From assembly GCA_043228905.1 (NCBI GenBank), contig JBHGNT010000016.1, positions 9,920,001 through 9,984,000 on the forward strand: DNA of 64,000 nt, read 5' to 3'. The position numbers and the translations under genes were made by a program. The notes under the pieces were generated by a model. It was not told the origin of the DNA. It was given only the letters and a program-made list of their open reading frames with translations, and searched no databases. Positions 36,511-49,564 of the stretch are shown piece by piece (position 1 is the stretch's first letter; each line of letters opens with the position of its first letter). This DNA is from Azolla caroliniana. Taxonomy: Eukaryota; Plantae; Polypodiophyta.

Positions 36511-37097
36511 TGTTGAACACGGTGCTCGGCCACAACCGAGGAATAGGATCAACTCACAGAAAATAGGAAATACAAAATGCACGAAGACAATAGAGAGAAA
36601 AAGTACACAGGATGTTTTACGTGGAAAACCCTAAATGGGAAAAACCACGGAAGTCCTCAAACTCCAACTATCACTATGAACAGAGATGTACAATGGTGAA
36701 GCCACAAGGCAACAACCTTGAGCTCACTGTCTTCGCCACAGGCGGCGGTAATACACAGAGGCAACGACCTCTTCGTCTTTCTCTCTCTCTCTCTCTCTCT
36801 CGGCTGCTCTCTTCACTCTCTCTGAATGGAAAACAGAAAATGAGCAACAGTCACTAAACTGTTTGCCCTAAGTCATATTTATACACATATGACTTTCGGG
36901 CTATTTACAAATATAGCCTCAAGGGCCCTTGGCAAACATATTCACAAATATGTCCCCGCATCCGGATCTCTCTCCGGGTACATTCATCATCCGGCTCCGT
37001 AACCGGGTACTCTTCATCCTCCGGTTCCGTAACCGCAACCAGGCTTGCCGTCATTCATCTCCGGACATCCCATCCGGAGGGACCGAAAATCCCAACA
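36511..37097 (-). repeat. 5' LTR of Tork-like Copia
   Basis: TGTTG...CAACA next to PBS at 36496-36507. Confidence 0.93.
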
Positions 37098-37414
37098 TTT
37101 TCGTCTCGATCTACCTCCACAACTACGGATACATCCGGTTTTTTATAATTCTCTTCTTGAACCGTATCAAGACAACATTATTCCGAATGTATTACACCAC
37201 CTCCACCCCCGGTCGAGTTTGAAGCAGGACTAGAGTACGAAGTAGCTGCCATCTTCGATTCCAAGATTGTTTGCAACAAGCTCTACTATTTGGTTGATTG
37301 GCTAGGCTATGGTCCAAGCGAGTGTAATTGGGAACGAGTCGAGAATGTGATAAATGCTCAAGCTCTTGTCGAGGACTTTCATCGGCAATATCCCACCAAC
37401 CCAGGTCCTCCACC
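37098..37414 (+). repeat. 317-bp direct duplicate of 23761-24077
   Basis: Same chromodomain-coding segment with 2 substitutions by eye. Confidence 0.92.
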
Positions 37415-37441
37415 TAAGACGACTCGTAACACATGACATAG

Positions 37442-37706
37442 TGTCATGATATAGCATGGTATGGCTTCAAAAAGATGTGAACCCATGACCTTGTGTCACA
37501 TGGCTTGAATCCTTACCATTAAACCATACATTGTACTACAAAAAATATTATTTCATTTAGGAAATCCATGTATATTCTAGATTTCTCTAGAACATTCTAG
37601 AAATTTCAACAGTATTCCTAAGCCACATTTCTAGAGTATTCCTAAGCCACATTCCTAGCTATTCCTATATATTCTCTTCATATAATATATATATCTTTTG
37701 TTATCA

Positions 37707-37768
<62 letters not shown>

Positions 37769-37853
37769 TCTCCCGAGAGTTCTACACCCCTATTAGTACT
37801 AATCCTCATCTTTTGGTACTAATTCCCTCTCTGTCTTAGTACTATTCCTGACA
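37442..37853 (+). repeat. 3' LTR of the old Tcn1-like element
   Basis: TGTCATG...TAGTACTATTCCTGACA, resembling the young chromovirus LTR; (CT)n expansion. Confidence 0.85.
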
Positions 37854-40413
37854 TCATTTAACTTGCAATTTGTAGGCAAAGCAAACCCGACTAGTTTTGC
37901 TTCTGTAGTGTTGAATCTTTCCAAGATCCTTGTCACATTCTTCTCTTGTTAACACCATAGCACGTTCTTAGTTATGTCTCGAACTATGTCCATTCCCAAG
38001 ATCTCTGTGGTCGGTCCAAGATCTTTCATGGCAAACGACTTGCCTAGTGCTTTCTTCAAGCCTCCAATCTTCTTGGTATCTTGTCTGACTATCAACATGT
38101 CGTCCACATATAGCAAGAGAATCAAGAAATCTCCTTCATTGTACCTTTTGACAAATAAACATTATTCAACTTGTGTTTTATGGAACCCATGTTCCAGCAT
38201 GAAGGATTTGAACTTCTTGTACCATTGGTGTGGAGCTTGTTTCAGACCATACAATTTTTTCCTCAGTTGACACACCATATTGTCTTTTCCTTTCTCCACA
38301 AAGCCTTCGTGCTGCTGCATATAGATTTCTTCATTTAATTCTCCTCAGTCTTGACATCCAACTGTTCAATCTCCAGATCCATACTGGTAGTTATGCTTAG
38401 AATAGTTCGGATGGATGTCATCTTCACGATTGGTGCGAAGATCTCATCAAAATCGACACCCTTTTTCTGTTGAAAACCTTCACCACAATATGGGCCTTAT
38501 ATCTGGGTGTGTTGCCATCTTTTCCAGTTTTCACCTTGTAGACCCATTTGTTTCTGAGTGCTCTCTTACCTTCCCGTAGCTCAACCAGGTCGTAGGCCAA
38601 GACATCATCCATGCAAGGAATCCATTTCGTCGAAGCTTATTTTGCCTCTCACACAACTTACGAAGAAGGGGTAGTCCTTTGTTTGGTCTAAAGAAGCATA
38701 CATGGCTTTTGTGAGTCTTAAGAAAGCATTTACATCAGCTCCTATTTTGGGCAGCATCATTGAGGCAGACGCGTCGGATTTCGCCCTGGGCAGCATTTTG
38801 TCACAACAAGGCGATGATGAAAAGCTGCATCCTATGGCTTTCCACTTAGGCAAGTTTGACGCTGAAATGCATGACAAGGAGCTATTAGCAATAGTGGACT
38901 CTTTTACACAATGGAGGCATCTTTTAGAGGGATCTTCTCATCAAGTCACCGTATTCAGTGATCAAAAAAATCTTGCCTACTTCCAAAATGCTCATGTATT
39001 AAATCAACGTCAAGCTCAGTGGACCCAATTCCTCAATCGTTTCGATTTCAAAATTTTATATCATCCTGTAAACAAATCGAATGCCTTGGGACTTGCAATA
39101 CTCTTCGAATTGTCCTCGGTACTCGCCACCATTGTCGGTTCGAACAACCTTCAATTTCCAACACGACTTTCTTTCAATTTTGTCGTGGAACTCTTTGAAG
39201 AATGACAATACTTGATCCTTCGACTTTAGTACAAAAGCCCACAACTTTCTATTGTAGCCCACAACTTGATCCTTCGACATTCGATGCCGGCAATCTTGCA
39301 TTCTCCATTATATCCCATCTTTACATAGCCATAGTCACCAGCTGTGTAAGACGAGAAACACTCTCTCGAGGGAGTTATATGGAACGATACACCAGAGTCT
39401 ATCACCCAGGTACACTCTTCATTTGCAAGGTTTGCAGTTGCTTGTCCACAAATGAACAAAAGTTCTTCTTTACTTGTAACCACGACTGAAGTGACCTTCT
39501 TTTCAGAGATCCTTTTGGGTTCGACATCGTTTGAGACACCTTCGTCTCTCTTAAGGTGTCAGCAGTCCTTCTAGAAGTGTTCAGGTTTTCCATAGTAAAA
39601 GCATGCCAGTTTTCCTTTGGACTTGGATTTGGCTTGAAACTTATCTCTATTTTGTCGGCTCCTTTGCTTAGCTCTTCCTCTATCAGAATGTTGTGCTATA
39701 TTTGCCTCTGTCTAAGATAGGACACCCTTGTCCTTCCTTCTTGTCTCCTCATTCATGATACTTTTATTTACCACTTGTAAAGACAGGTTCTCTTCTTGGC
39801 ACGGGGTATTGAGAGTTACCACCAGGTTCTCCCAACTATCCGGTAGAGTACACAACAATAGCAAGGCTTGCATAGCATCACCTAGTGGAAACTTTGTTGC
39901 CGCAAGTTGATTCACCAGCCCCATGAAGGTGTTAATGTGTACTACTATGCTTTCTCCATCTCTATACGTCAGTCTCACAATCTTTCTCATCAAAAAGGTT
40001 TTGTTGAGGGCGTTCTTCCTCTTGTACAACCCTGACATTTTATGCCACATCTCGTAGGCATTTGTGTCGTTTGCAACGTGTTGTAGAACACTTACATCTA
40101 CACACTATATGATGGTGGCCTCCACCTTCCTATTCAAGAGTTTCCATCCAGACTCTAACACCTTGGTGGGCATTTCTTCTCTATCTATGGGCTCGTATAG
40201 ATAACTGACTATTAGAAGATCTTCCATCTTGATCTTCTAGTCCGAATAGTTGTGTGAGTTTAGGACCATCATACTTGGGAAACCACTCACACCTCCTTCC
40301 ATTCTTGCACCTCTCACCCTGATACTAGTTTGTTGAGTTTGAACAACAGATTCAAGGAGAAAGATCAACTAAAATACACAATGAGGAAACAGAAAACAAC
40401 AGAGAAAACACGG
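37854..40413 (-). mobile_element. Highly degenerate Tork-like Copia
   Basis: gag (KNALNKTFLMRKIV), WVIDSG, RTDNGGEY and RT remnants; degenerate PBS near 40317-40328; LTR from 40331 cut by the element at 40414. Confidence 0.85.
38632..39068 (+). pseudogene. Isolated Tcn1-like RNase H fragment inside the Copia remnant
   Basis: KAFTSAPIL, EADASDFALG, HDKELLAIV, VFSDQKNL; no LTRs. Confidence 0.85.
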
Positions 40414-43400
40414 TGTCGCGTTGTTACGCGCGTGCGTGGAGAAAGGCGGGACCACGGGGGTCTTGGACTGGGGAGCGACGGAGCGTAGGAAGTCATGCTT
40501 CACGGCTTATGGGGCATCTCAGAAACACACCGGAAGCAACCGAAGGGAGAGAGAGCGAGAGAGAGAGAGTGTGCTTAACACCGACTCACGCACACACACA
40601 CACACGCACACACACAGCCCGACCCGACTCACGCCCTTATGTACAGGAAACGCAGGGAAAGAGTGGAGCACCCGATACCAACAAGACGCCAATATACACA
40701 GACAGACGCAAACATATATGTATATATATATAAGGAGAATACACTCCCGGCTTCGAGCCAGGCTGAGGTAGTTTACAGTAGTCGTCTGCTGCCAAGCCGC
40801 CGTCGAGGAGCTCACGGGCTCGTCGCGCCGAGCGGGGTCTTGCACAGGAGATGAGCTGAAGCAAACCCTAAGCGAACACAAAGGGAAAGAAGAAGAAGCA
40901 GAAGGAACCTAACCCTAAACCTACCGGTATACCCTCTAATCCAAAATGGGCAAACCTTTTACAAAGGGTGTTCCCTCCCTTTTATAGAACAAGGAGAGGG
41001 ACGCGTTACAATGTGGGACAAATCCCGACTTTCATGGGATCGTCTGTCCCGACTTGACTACTCTTCGGAGCCATAAAGGAGCCCTCGATATTCACACCAA
41101 ATGTACATGGGTGCGTACACACGCTGCACCCCGCCGATGTAGACAATGCTTCCCGGTTTTCGCCTATGGCCGAAATTCTTCACGACATCCGCCCCCACCT
41201 AACTGCACGTCCACCGGTACGTGCCAAATCTAGCTAAAGGGTGAGAGATTTCGGCCGGCGAGAAACTGGTCTCCCGTGATCCGCATCTCGGCTCGCTGCC
41301 GGTTTGATCCGGCGGCTTCAAGTCTTCCTTCGCGCTCGCCTTCCCGTAGGCTCGTTCTACCCGTCGATGGGTCCTCTGCCGCGATCTCCGTAGCACGCGT
41401 TCTTCCGTTGACCCTTGTTCGGCCGTATGAACGCCCCGCTTCCCGCCGTATGCCCGGACTCCTCCGCTAGAGGAATACCCGTGGCAGCCCGCTTGGCCTC
41501 CGTTGTCGAATCGTGATGTCCCGATGGTGTTTCGCGTCGCCTTCGTCCTTCCACCACCACCTTCCTTCTCCATGGTCTTACATCGCCACGTCGGCTCGAA
41601 CCGCCATGGTCTCCGGAACGGTGTGGAGGATCCCTTTCCGACGTTCTCCACGCTCGCCTTTCCACTTTGGCACCTCCGTGTGCCATGTACTCTCGCCCGT
41701 TGTTTGGCACTGCCTATGTCGCACTCCGGTTTATTGCACGCCTCGTCGGCCCCTTTCCGGCCAGATCGTGCATCGCCGCTCACCCACATACCGGTGTCCT
41801 CTGCATCCGAGGAACACCCCGTAGTAGCCCGCTTGGCCCTTCCCGTCTTCGTGCTGCTGCAACAGGTCCTGAGTCTTACGCTTGCCGTCGTCCCCTCGCC
41901 CCCACCAGCTTGTCACCCCGGCTTGCCGTGTCAGTCTTTGTTACTTCGACGGAGCTATCAAGATCTACGAAGCGAGTGTGGAGGATCCTCCTCCGGCCTC
42001 TCTTGCCATCCTAACTCTGACCCTATGCAGTCCACTAGGCACCTGTCACCTTGTTCCCGGCACCTCCCTTGTGCCGTCTTCCGCTTCCTTTGTTCGGCCC
42101 CGCCCGCGCCGAACACCGTCCCATAGTCACGCTTCGATCCGGCCCGCGATGGCCATTTGCGAGACTCTTGTTCTGTTCTAGGTGTGCCTTTCCGGCCCGA
42201 CACACCTCTCCGTGTTTGCCCCTACCGGCTCCTTCCGAACCTCGTGTCGTCGGATCCCGTTCCCTGCCGCCACCGTCCTTCTCCCTCGATCTCACGTTGC
42301 CACGTTGGCCGAACTGCCGGAGTCTCCGGATCAGTGTGAGGGTCCCATAGGACCGGACTCCGTTTCTATGCTTGCCGAAAGTCGGGTGTCTTTTGTTTGA
42401 GTCCCTCCTGGACTCTCCTCGTACCCATTGTCTTTGTCACCTCGCCGCCACCGTCAGTATCTTGGTCTTACGTCGACCGCGTTGCCGACTGCCGAAGTCT
42501 CTAGAACCGGTGTGAAGGATCCTCCGTAGACCGCCCTTCCGTAGCCCTTGCCTTCGTCACCTCGCCGCCACCGTCAGTATCTTGGTCTTACGTCGACCGC
42601 GTTGCCGACTGCCGAAGTCTCTAGAACCGGTGTGAAGGATCCTTCGTAGACCTCCCCGATTTGTCTTCCCTCTCCCGTGGTACCGACGTACCGTGTCCTC
42701 GGCCTCTTTGTAGGCCTGCTCTCTTCCTCCCTCCCGGAATGGTTATCCGGGAGTCCGCTCCGCCCAGTTCTCGTCCGTAATCTCGACCTTCGCCCGGTCG
42801 GTCTTTCTCCCCATGTAAAAGAGAGCGGCTCGTCCCGCACCCCCTTCCGTATCGGCACTTTCATGCCGACTCCGGCCCCGATCGAACGATCCACGACCGG
42901 ATTACGCTCCACCCGTATCGGAATGCCGATCTTCTCGTGCCGTGTCCGTCCTCGGCCTCCTCGTAGGCCGTTTCCCATCCGACTTCGCTGGCATCGTGCC
43001 AGGACTCCTCGGTACCGCCATCCATCTCCTCGGTCTTACATGGGCATACGGGCCCGAATGCCGAGTTCTCCAGAATCGGGTCCGTGGGCTTTCGTCCGCT
43101 CTTTCCCCGTATCGTCTCGCCGGTGATTCTTGGCCTTTCGCCGCCGCCTTCCTCCGCTTGGGACTCACGTGGGCACTCGGGCCCGACTGCCATTGTCTCG
43201 GGAGCAAGTGTTGGAAGACACAAGGAATCGCCCGTCCGTTCTTCGCCCTTGTCCGTAGCCACCGACTCTTCGTGGTCGGCGGTGGTCTTCTTACCGATCG
43301 CACAAGCCCCGTCTGGGCTTGCTTCTCCAATGCCCGGGATCTCGGGCTGACACGCCCGAGACCGCTGGTCCCAATGTTCCGGTTCCTCGATCGGTATCTC

Positions 43401-45358
43401 GGCCTCGTCCTTGGCCGTCCTCTTGTCACAAGTCGAGAGGGTCGCTCGCTCCGCACCCTCTCCCACATCGTCGCCGTCGTGGTCGCCCGCCTTGCCGCCG
43501 CCACCGCCTGTCACTCTCAGTGTCACACCGGCTCTCGGGCCGGTTGCCGAAGTCTCTAGGCCCGGTGTGCGTAAGGTCGCGGCACCACCGCCCGTCTTCT
43601 CCCCGCTCGATGTTTCGGGCCTCCGTGCCCGAACTCCCTCATGTCCGCTCGAATCGGCGATCACTGCCTCACCGTCCCCGACCTCGTCCTCAGTCGTTCT
43701 TTTTCCACATGTCGAGAGGGTGGCTCGCTCCACACCCTCTCCCGTGGTACCGATGTACCATTCTCTTTCAGCCTCCTCATCCTCCGATCGCCTCTGGCCT
43801 GACTCCATTATAAGCCCTTCTTCGGCTTCGATTTTCCCCTCTTCCTCGAGCATCGCTTTGAGAGCTTCGTACGCCTCCGCAATCCTGGCCCCTACGCCGA
43901 CCCTTGCCGACTCTCTTTGCCGTTCGGCCTCTTCCCGCTGTGATGGCACGCCGTCGCGTACCTTCCTCTTAGCCTTCTCGGCTCGCTCGTTGTCTAGCCT
44001 TTGGCACACCCTTCCGACCTTCGACCAGTCCTCCGTAAGCCCATTCGATCCATCATCGTCTTCGAGCTCAATCCCGATGGCTTCCCGTTCCGCTCGGTCG
44101 ATCAACCTGACGAACAAAAGGACTTTGTCCGCCCCCACCAAACCTTGTTCCCGCTCTGGGAGCCGAGCAAGTCGTCGCTCGAACTCCCGGAACGCCTTCG
44201 TCGCACCCCAGTGGGTCTTTGCCGATGATATCCACTGGTCGAAGTGGTGCCGTCCCTGGCTCTTCCGCCATCCTCCGTTTGCCTTCAGGAGCGCCTCCTC
44301 GAAGGCCTCCCACGAACCACGAGCCTCACGGAGCTCCATTACTTCCGCATGCATCCGGACAGCTACGACCCGGCAGAAGAACTCCAGCCTCAACACCTCG
44401 TCAACACCACGCTCTTCCATTTCCGCGTTGTAGGCTTCCAAGTAAGATGGGACTTTGTCCCTGTTGAAACGGCCGACTCTTTCGACCACTCGCCCAACCG
44501 CTTGTTGCGCTGCTTCTCGCCTCATCACCACTCGTGCCGACTCCAACACCACTTCAGCCACCATCTCCGCAAGGTCGTCATCTTCCGACTCCATCCTCCC
44601 TTGCCGCCTTTCACGTCGGGTTCAGCAAAGATGTCGCGTTGTTACGCGCGTGCGTGGAGAAAGGCGGGACCACGGGGGTCTTGGACTGGGGAGCGACGGA
44701 GCGTAGGAAGTCGTGCTTCACGGCTTCTGGGGCATCTCAGAAACACACCGGAAGCAACCGAAGGGAGAGACAGCATGCTTAACATCGACTCACGCACACA
44801 CACGCACACACAGCCCGACCCGACTCACGCCCTTATGTGCAGGAAACGCAGGGAAGGAGTGGAGCACCCGACACCAACAAGACGCCAATATACACAGACA
44901 GACGCAAACGTATATGTATATATATATAAGGAGAATACACTCCCGGCTTTGAGCCGAGCTGAGGTAGTTTACAGTAGTCGTCTGCTGCCAAGCCGCCGTC
45001 GGGGAGCTCACGGGCTCGTCGCGTCGAGCGGGGTCTTGCGCAGGAGATGAGCTGAAGCAAACCCTAAGCGAACACGAAGGCAAAGAAGAAGAAGCAGAAG
45101 GAACCTAACCCTAAACCTACCGGTATACCCTCTAATCCAAAATGGGCAACCCTTTTACAAAGGGCGTTCCCTCCCTTTTATAGAACAAGGAGAGGGACGC
45201 GTTACAATGTGGGACAAATCCCGACTTTCATGGGATCATCTGTCCCAACTTGACTACTCTTCGACGCCATAAAGGCGCCCTCGATATTCACACCAAATGT
45301 ACATGGGTGCGTACACACGCTGCACCCCGCCGATGTAGACAATGTTTCCCGGTTTTCA
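40414..45358 (-). mobile_element. Non-autonomous gag-only LTR element (LARD/TR-GAG-like)
   Basis: LTR 40414-41187 (TGTCG...CGACA) and truncated LTR 44632-45358; PPT AGGTGGGGGCGGA at 41188-41200; no pol motifs seen. Confidence 0.85.
42861..44594 (-). CDS. Gag-like protein with long acidic low-complexity tail (577 aa)
   Basis: Starts 38 nt inside the 5' LTR; FNRDKVPSYLEAYN..SWEAFEEALL resembles Gypsy capsid N-termini. Confidence 0.6.
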   Translation of the reverse strand: MESEDDDLAEMVAEVVLESARVVMRREAAQQAVGRVVERVGRFNRDKVPSYLEAYNAEMEERGVDEVLRLEFFCRVVAVRMHAEVMELREARGSWEAFEEALLKANGGWRKSQGRHHFDQWISSAKTHWGATKAFREFERRLARLPEREQGLVGADKVLLFVRLIDRAEREAIGIELEDDDGSNGLTEDWSKVGRVCQRLDNERAEKAKRKVRDGVPSQREEAERQRESARVGVGARIAEAYEALKAMLEEEGKIEAEEGLIMESGQRRSEDEEAEREWYIGTTGEGVERATLSTCGKRTTEDEVGDGEAVIADSSGHEGVRARRPETSSGEKTGGGAATLRTPGLETSATGPRAGVTLRVTGGGGGKAGDHDGDDVGEGAERATLSTCDKRTAKDEAEIPIEEPEHWDQRSRACQPEIPGIGEASPDGACAIGKKTTADHEESVATDKGEERTGDSLCLPTLAPETMAVGPECPRESQAEEGGGERPRITGETIRGKSGRKPTDPILENSAFGPVCPCKTEEMDGGTEESWHDASEVGWETAYEEAEDGHGTRRSAFRYGWSVIRSWIVRSGPESA

Positions 45359-48300
45359 CCGCTCAGAACACGCTCACGCACGAATCGCAGTAGATCAGGA
45401 TTGGGGTCGGCACTCAATCCGCAGGTCTTGCAGCAGTCGCCGAAGCCAAATGGCTTCGCAGGTGGCAACGGTAACGCCCCGATATTCAGCCTCAGTACTC
45501 GAAAGGGCCTTTGTTGGCTGCTTTTTGCTGCTCCACTACTAAGGGAAAACATATAACCGGAGGTGGATCGGCGATCCGATGCATCGCCGGCCCAGTCGGC
45601 ATTAGTGTAGATGACTAACTCTTCGGTTATACCATGCCGGTATAATAGTCCTCGGTCCTTCGTGCTGCTCACATATCCCAAATTCGATGCGCGCACAAAA
45701 GGTGATTGTCGGAACCGCTTCTCATCGCAGGCCGGTCCGGAGTCAGGACGGAGCTTTTGGTTCCAGTCCAAGGGTGTGGAGATCGGTTGGCATTCCATCA
45801 TGCCGAACTTGTACAGCATATTCAACACATTGTGTCTTTGTGAGAGCAATATGCTGTCGGGGGTTCGGATCGCCTCGATCCCAAGGAAATAGTGAAGGTC
45901 CCCCAGATCCTTCATCTCAAATGCATCCGACAGCTGGGACTTGACTCAGCTAATTTCATTGACTCCGGGTCCGGTGATGACTAGATCATCAACATACAGC
46001 AAAATGCAAACCAGACTGTCCAAACCTTGCCGGATGAACAACGACGAGTCAGATTTAGAGGTCACAAACCCCATCTTACGCAACCAGTGCGTGATCTTCG
46101 CATTCGAAGCTCGGGGGGCTTGTTTCAGATCATAAAGCGACTTCTTGAGCCGGCACACCGCCGACTTGTTCATCTCCAACTGAAAGCCGGGGGTTTGGGT
46201 CACAAAGACCTCTTCTTCAAGATCGCCTTGAAGAAATGCATTCTTCACGTCCATCTGGTGAAGATGCCACCCCCTTGCCATAGTAACCGCCAGCACCACA
46301 CGAAGCATCGTCATCTTTGCTACCGGAGCGAAGGTCTCGTCGTAGTCGATTCCGTGGGTTTGCGTGTATCTCTTCGCCACTAACTGAGCCTTGTACCGGT
46401 TAACCGAACCATCGGTATTGTACTTTACCTTGAACACCCACTTACATCCGATGAGTTTACAGTGTCGAGGAGGGTCAACTAGGTCCCATGTGTCATTGGC
46501 ATCAACTCCCGCATTTCTTCCTCCATAGCGACACGCCAATTTGCGTCCTTTGCCGCTTCTATGTAGCTCTCCGGCTCACGCACTGCCACCACTTTGGTCA
46601 TGTACGCATAATGATGCGCCATGTACTCATTGTACCCGTACCACTTCACGGGGTTCTTTTGGCGGGAAGACTGGCGTAACTTATCGTTACCCAGTTTGAG
46701 GCCCTTCTTGGCTGGTTCGGTCTTCGTTGTTGAAGATCTGCCTTCTTCTTTTTCAGAGTCGGATCCGCTCCGATCCGACTCACCATTACCGGTCTTGTGC
46801 TCCGACATCTTCCTCTTCCCCTTTTCCTTGCGCGTGAACCGTCTCCCCAATTCCTTACGCGGGGAGAGCACGGCAGAGTCTCCACTACTCGTTGGTTCCT
46901 CATCCGACTGGTCATCCCGACTCAGCCGCTCGTTCAGCCCGTTCAACCGAAACGATTCCGGACTCACATCTAGAGTCTCGAACCTTTCGTCTTCTAACTG
47001 GACCGGTTCAGGCTCACTAGCCTCGTCCTCCGGTATCGGGTCGGGGTCGGCAGTTAGAGCCGATAAGGCATACCATGATGCCGTCTCATCAAACTCAACA
47101 TCCCGGCTAACTCGGAGCTGCTTCGTCCGGGGGTTATAACACTTATAACCCTTTTGCTCATGCGAGTAACCGACCAGGATGCATTTCTCCGACTTTGAAT
47201 CCAACTTCCTCCGCTTCTCATCCAGTACATGTACATATGCAATGCTACGGAATATCCGAAGGTGTCTCAAATTTGTCTTGCGCCCGAAATACAACTCATG
47301 CGCAGTCCCCTTGTCACCGATCCGGTTTTGGATATAGACGGCCGTCCGAACCGCCTCAACCCAGTAGAAATGGGGCATGCTCTTCTCCTCCAGCATTGCC
47401 CTTGCCGCGTCGACAATCGACCGGTTCTTCCTTTCGGCCACACCGTTTTGCTCCGGTGTGTACTTGCAGCTGAATTCTCTCCGAATTCCGTTCTACTACA
47501 AATAACTGTTGAATTGGCCGGAAAAATATTCTTTTCCGCCATCCAACCGCAGGCACTTGATCTTCCTCTCTGTTTTCCGTTCAACTAGGCTTTGCAAGTT
47601 CCGGAAACACTCGAAGGCTTCGCTCTTCCGCTCAATGAGGTAGATCCATGTGTGTCCGTTGTAGTTGTCAATGAAGGAGACGAAGTATCGACTCCCGTCA
47701 AGACTAACGTTCTGTGTCGGTTCCCATACATCCAAATGAATAAGGTCGAGCTTGTTATGGCTACGGTTTTGTTCGGTGGGGAATGGAAGCCAGTGTTGCT
47801 TCCGGAGTTGGCAGGCTTCACATATTTGGACCTTCCGACCACTGAACTTTGGCAAACCGAAAAAAACTTGTTTCGTTTGCAGGTCTTGAAGCCTCTGGTA
47901 ATTGACGTGGCTAATCCGCTTATGCTAGAGATCAATATCTTATTCAATCTTCAGTCCTTTGGCAAACAAAGCGGTGTCGACGTCATTGGTGTCGAGGATG
48001 AACATCCTCCCATCTTTGCTTCCTTGTGCAATAATCTGACCCTCTTCCTCGATGAAGCACCCAAGGTGCATAAACTGCACCTGCAACCCCTGGTCAACGA
48101 TGTGACCGACTGACACCAGGTTCTTCATGATAGTCGGAACGTGTAATACGTTCATCAACTTCCCCCTCTGTCCAACGTGGCTCAAAGGGACTTCTCCAAC
48201 ATGCACGATTGGGTGAGTACTATCGTGTCCGGTTTCAACGACTCCCGGTTGTTCCGGTTTCTCCAAGAAAGAGAACCACTCTCTGTGGCTCGTCATGTGA

Positions 48301-49564
48301 TTCGACGCACCGGAATCAACATACCACACTTCCTCCGATTTGGAAGTGTTCTTCTTCATCAAGTTAGCCTCGTGTTTCATCACCAAGGCTGGCCCTTTAC
48401 CGGCTTTTCCGGTTTTGGATCCTCTTGATCCTTCTGCGTAGTGTGAGTATTGTCGGTTCTCTCTGTCGGCCTTGTCAGATCCGGATCTGTCTAAATCGGC
48501 GCGCTTCTTCCAACACTCTCTTTCTCTGTGGCCCTTTTTACCACAGTACCAGCATTCCGTGTCGGCCTTTGCTTGCCGACCTCCGGCGCCGCCTTGACTC
48601 CCCCTTCTTGTGGAGGGTCCGGAACTGCTATCGGCACGTTCTCTGTGCCTTCAGTCTTGCTCTTGCCGACGCTACCATTGCGAGCCGACCTGCCTCGTCC
48701 ACCATGCCCATGGGGCCGATCCGCCTCCGTGTACAACATCCGACTGTCGGTGGGTGCACTTGTTGACGCACCAGCATGGTTCTCCTCTACAAGGAGCATC
48801 GATTGTAAGTCGAAAAATGACGGCGTATTCTCCCTTGTACATATGCCGTTCAGAACACTCTAAACTTAGACGATAGGCCCCCAAGACAGATCTACACCAT
48901 CTCATCTTCCCCTACAGTGACGTTGATTGAGGCAAGTGAGTCACATATCTCTTTGATTCGGGTCGTGTAATCGGTTACCGACATGTCCTTCTGTTGGACA
49001 TTGCTCAACTCCTATCAGAGTTGCAGCTTCCAGGCCGTAGTGCTCGCCGTGAAAACCTTCTTCAGGTTTCCCCAAGCTTCTTTTGGCATCTTGGCATCTC
49101 AGACATGGCTCAGCAGTTGGTTTCCGACATTGGACGCAAAGCAGTACATCACTCTGCTTGCCGCTTGTTCCCACAATAGGAAGTCCTTGTGTGCCGCATC
49201 AGGTGCTGTGTCGTTAGCTCCGTCGACATAGCTCCAGTAACCATGCCCAAGCAGGTACTGGTGCATCTTGTATGACCAAGATGCGTAGTTCGATCTATCG
49301 AGCTTCTCCACCAGGAGCGAGCTAGCCATTCCTCTGTCCATCACTTCTCTTTCTGTTCTTATCGGGTCTTAGGGTTTGTCTCCAGATGCTGATGTCGGCT
49401 GCAGAGGTTCTCAACCCTCGCGCTCTGATACCATGTAAAAACGAAGGTGCGGAAGCTTTAGACAACCAGCTTAGCCGGATAACAACATAGAGAGAGAGAG
49501 AGATTAACACACAAAAGGTACGCAGGAGAGACAAAGAAAGAACAGAACAACTTAAATCTATTAT
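45359..49564 (-). mobile_element. Degenerate Copia; its 5' LTR is split into 49434-49564 and 55478-55749
   Basis: PBS TGGTATCAGAGC 49422-49433; WYVDSGASNH, RLDGGKEY, YVDD; frameshifts; 3' end lost. Confidence 0.9.

Larger units (their letters stand above)
24078..37097 (-). mobile_element. Tandem Tork/Tnt1-like Copia: LTR-internal-LTR-partial internal
   Basis: LTRs 36511-37097 and 25996-26731; PBS TGGTATCAGAGC next to both; PPT GAAGGGGGAGTT at 26732-26743. Confidence 0.92.

Noticed and set aside
40860-40925. Interstitial telomeric array
   Set aside because: Only isolated telo-box-like words repeated in both LTRs, not a tandem (TTTAGGG)n tract.
41199-44433. Many overlapping long ORFs on both strands
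   Set aside because: Expected in GC-rich low-complexity TE interior; no recognisable domains, mostly shadows of the gag-like ORF.
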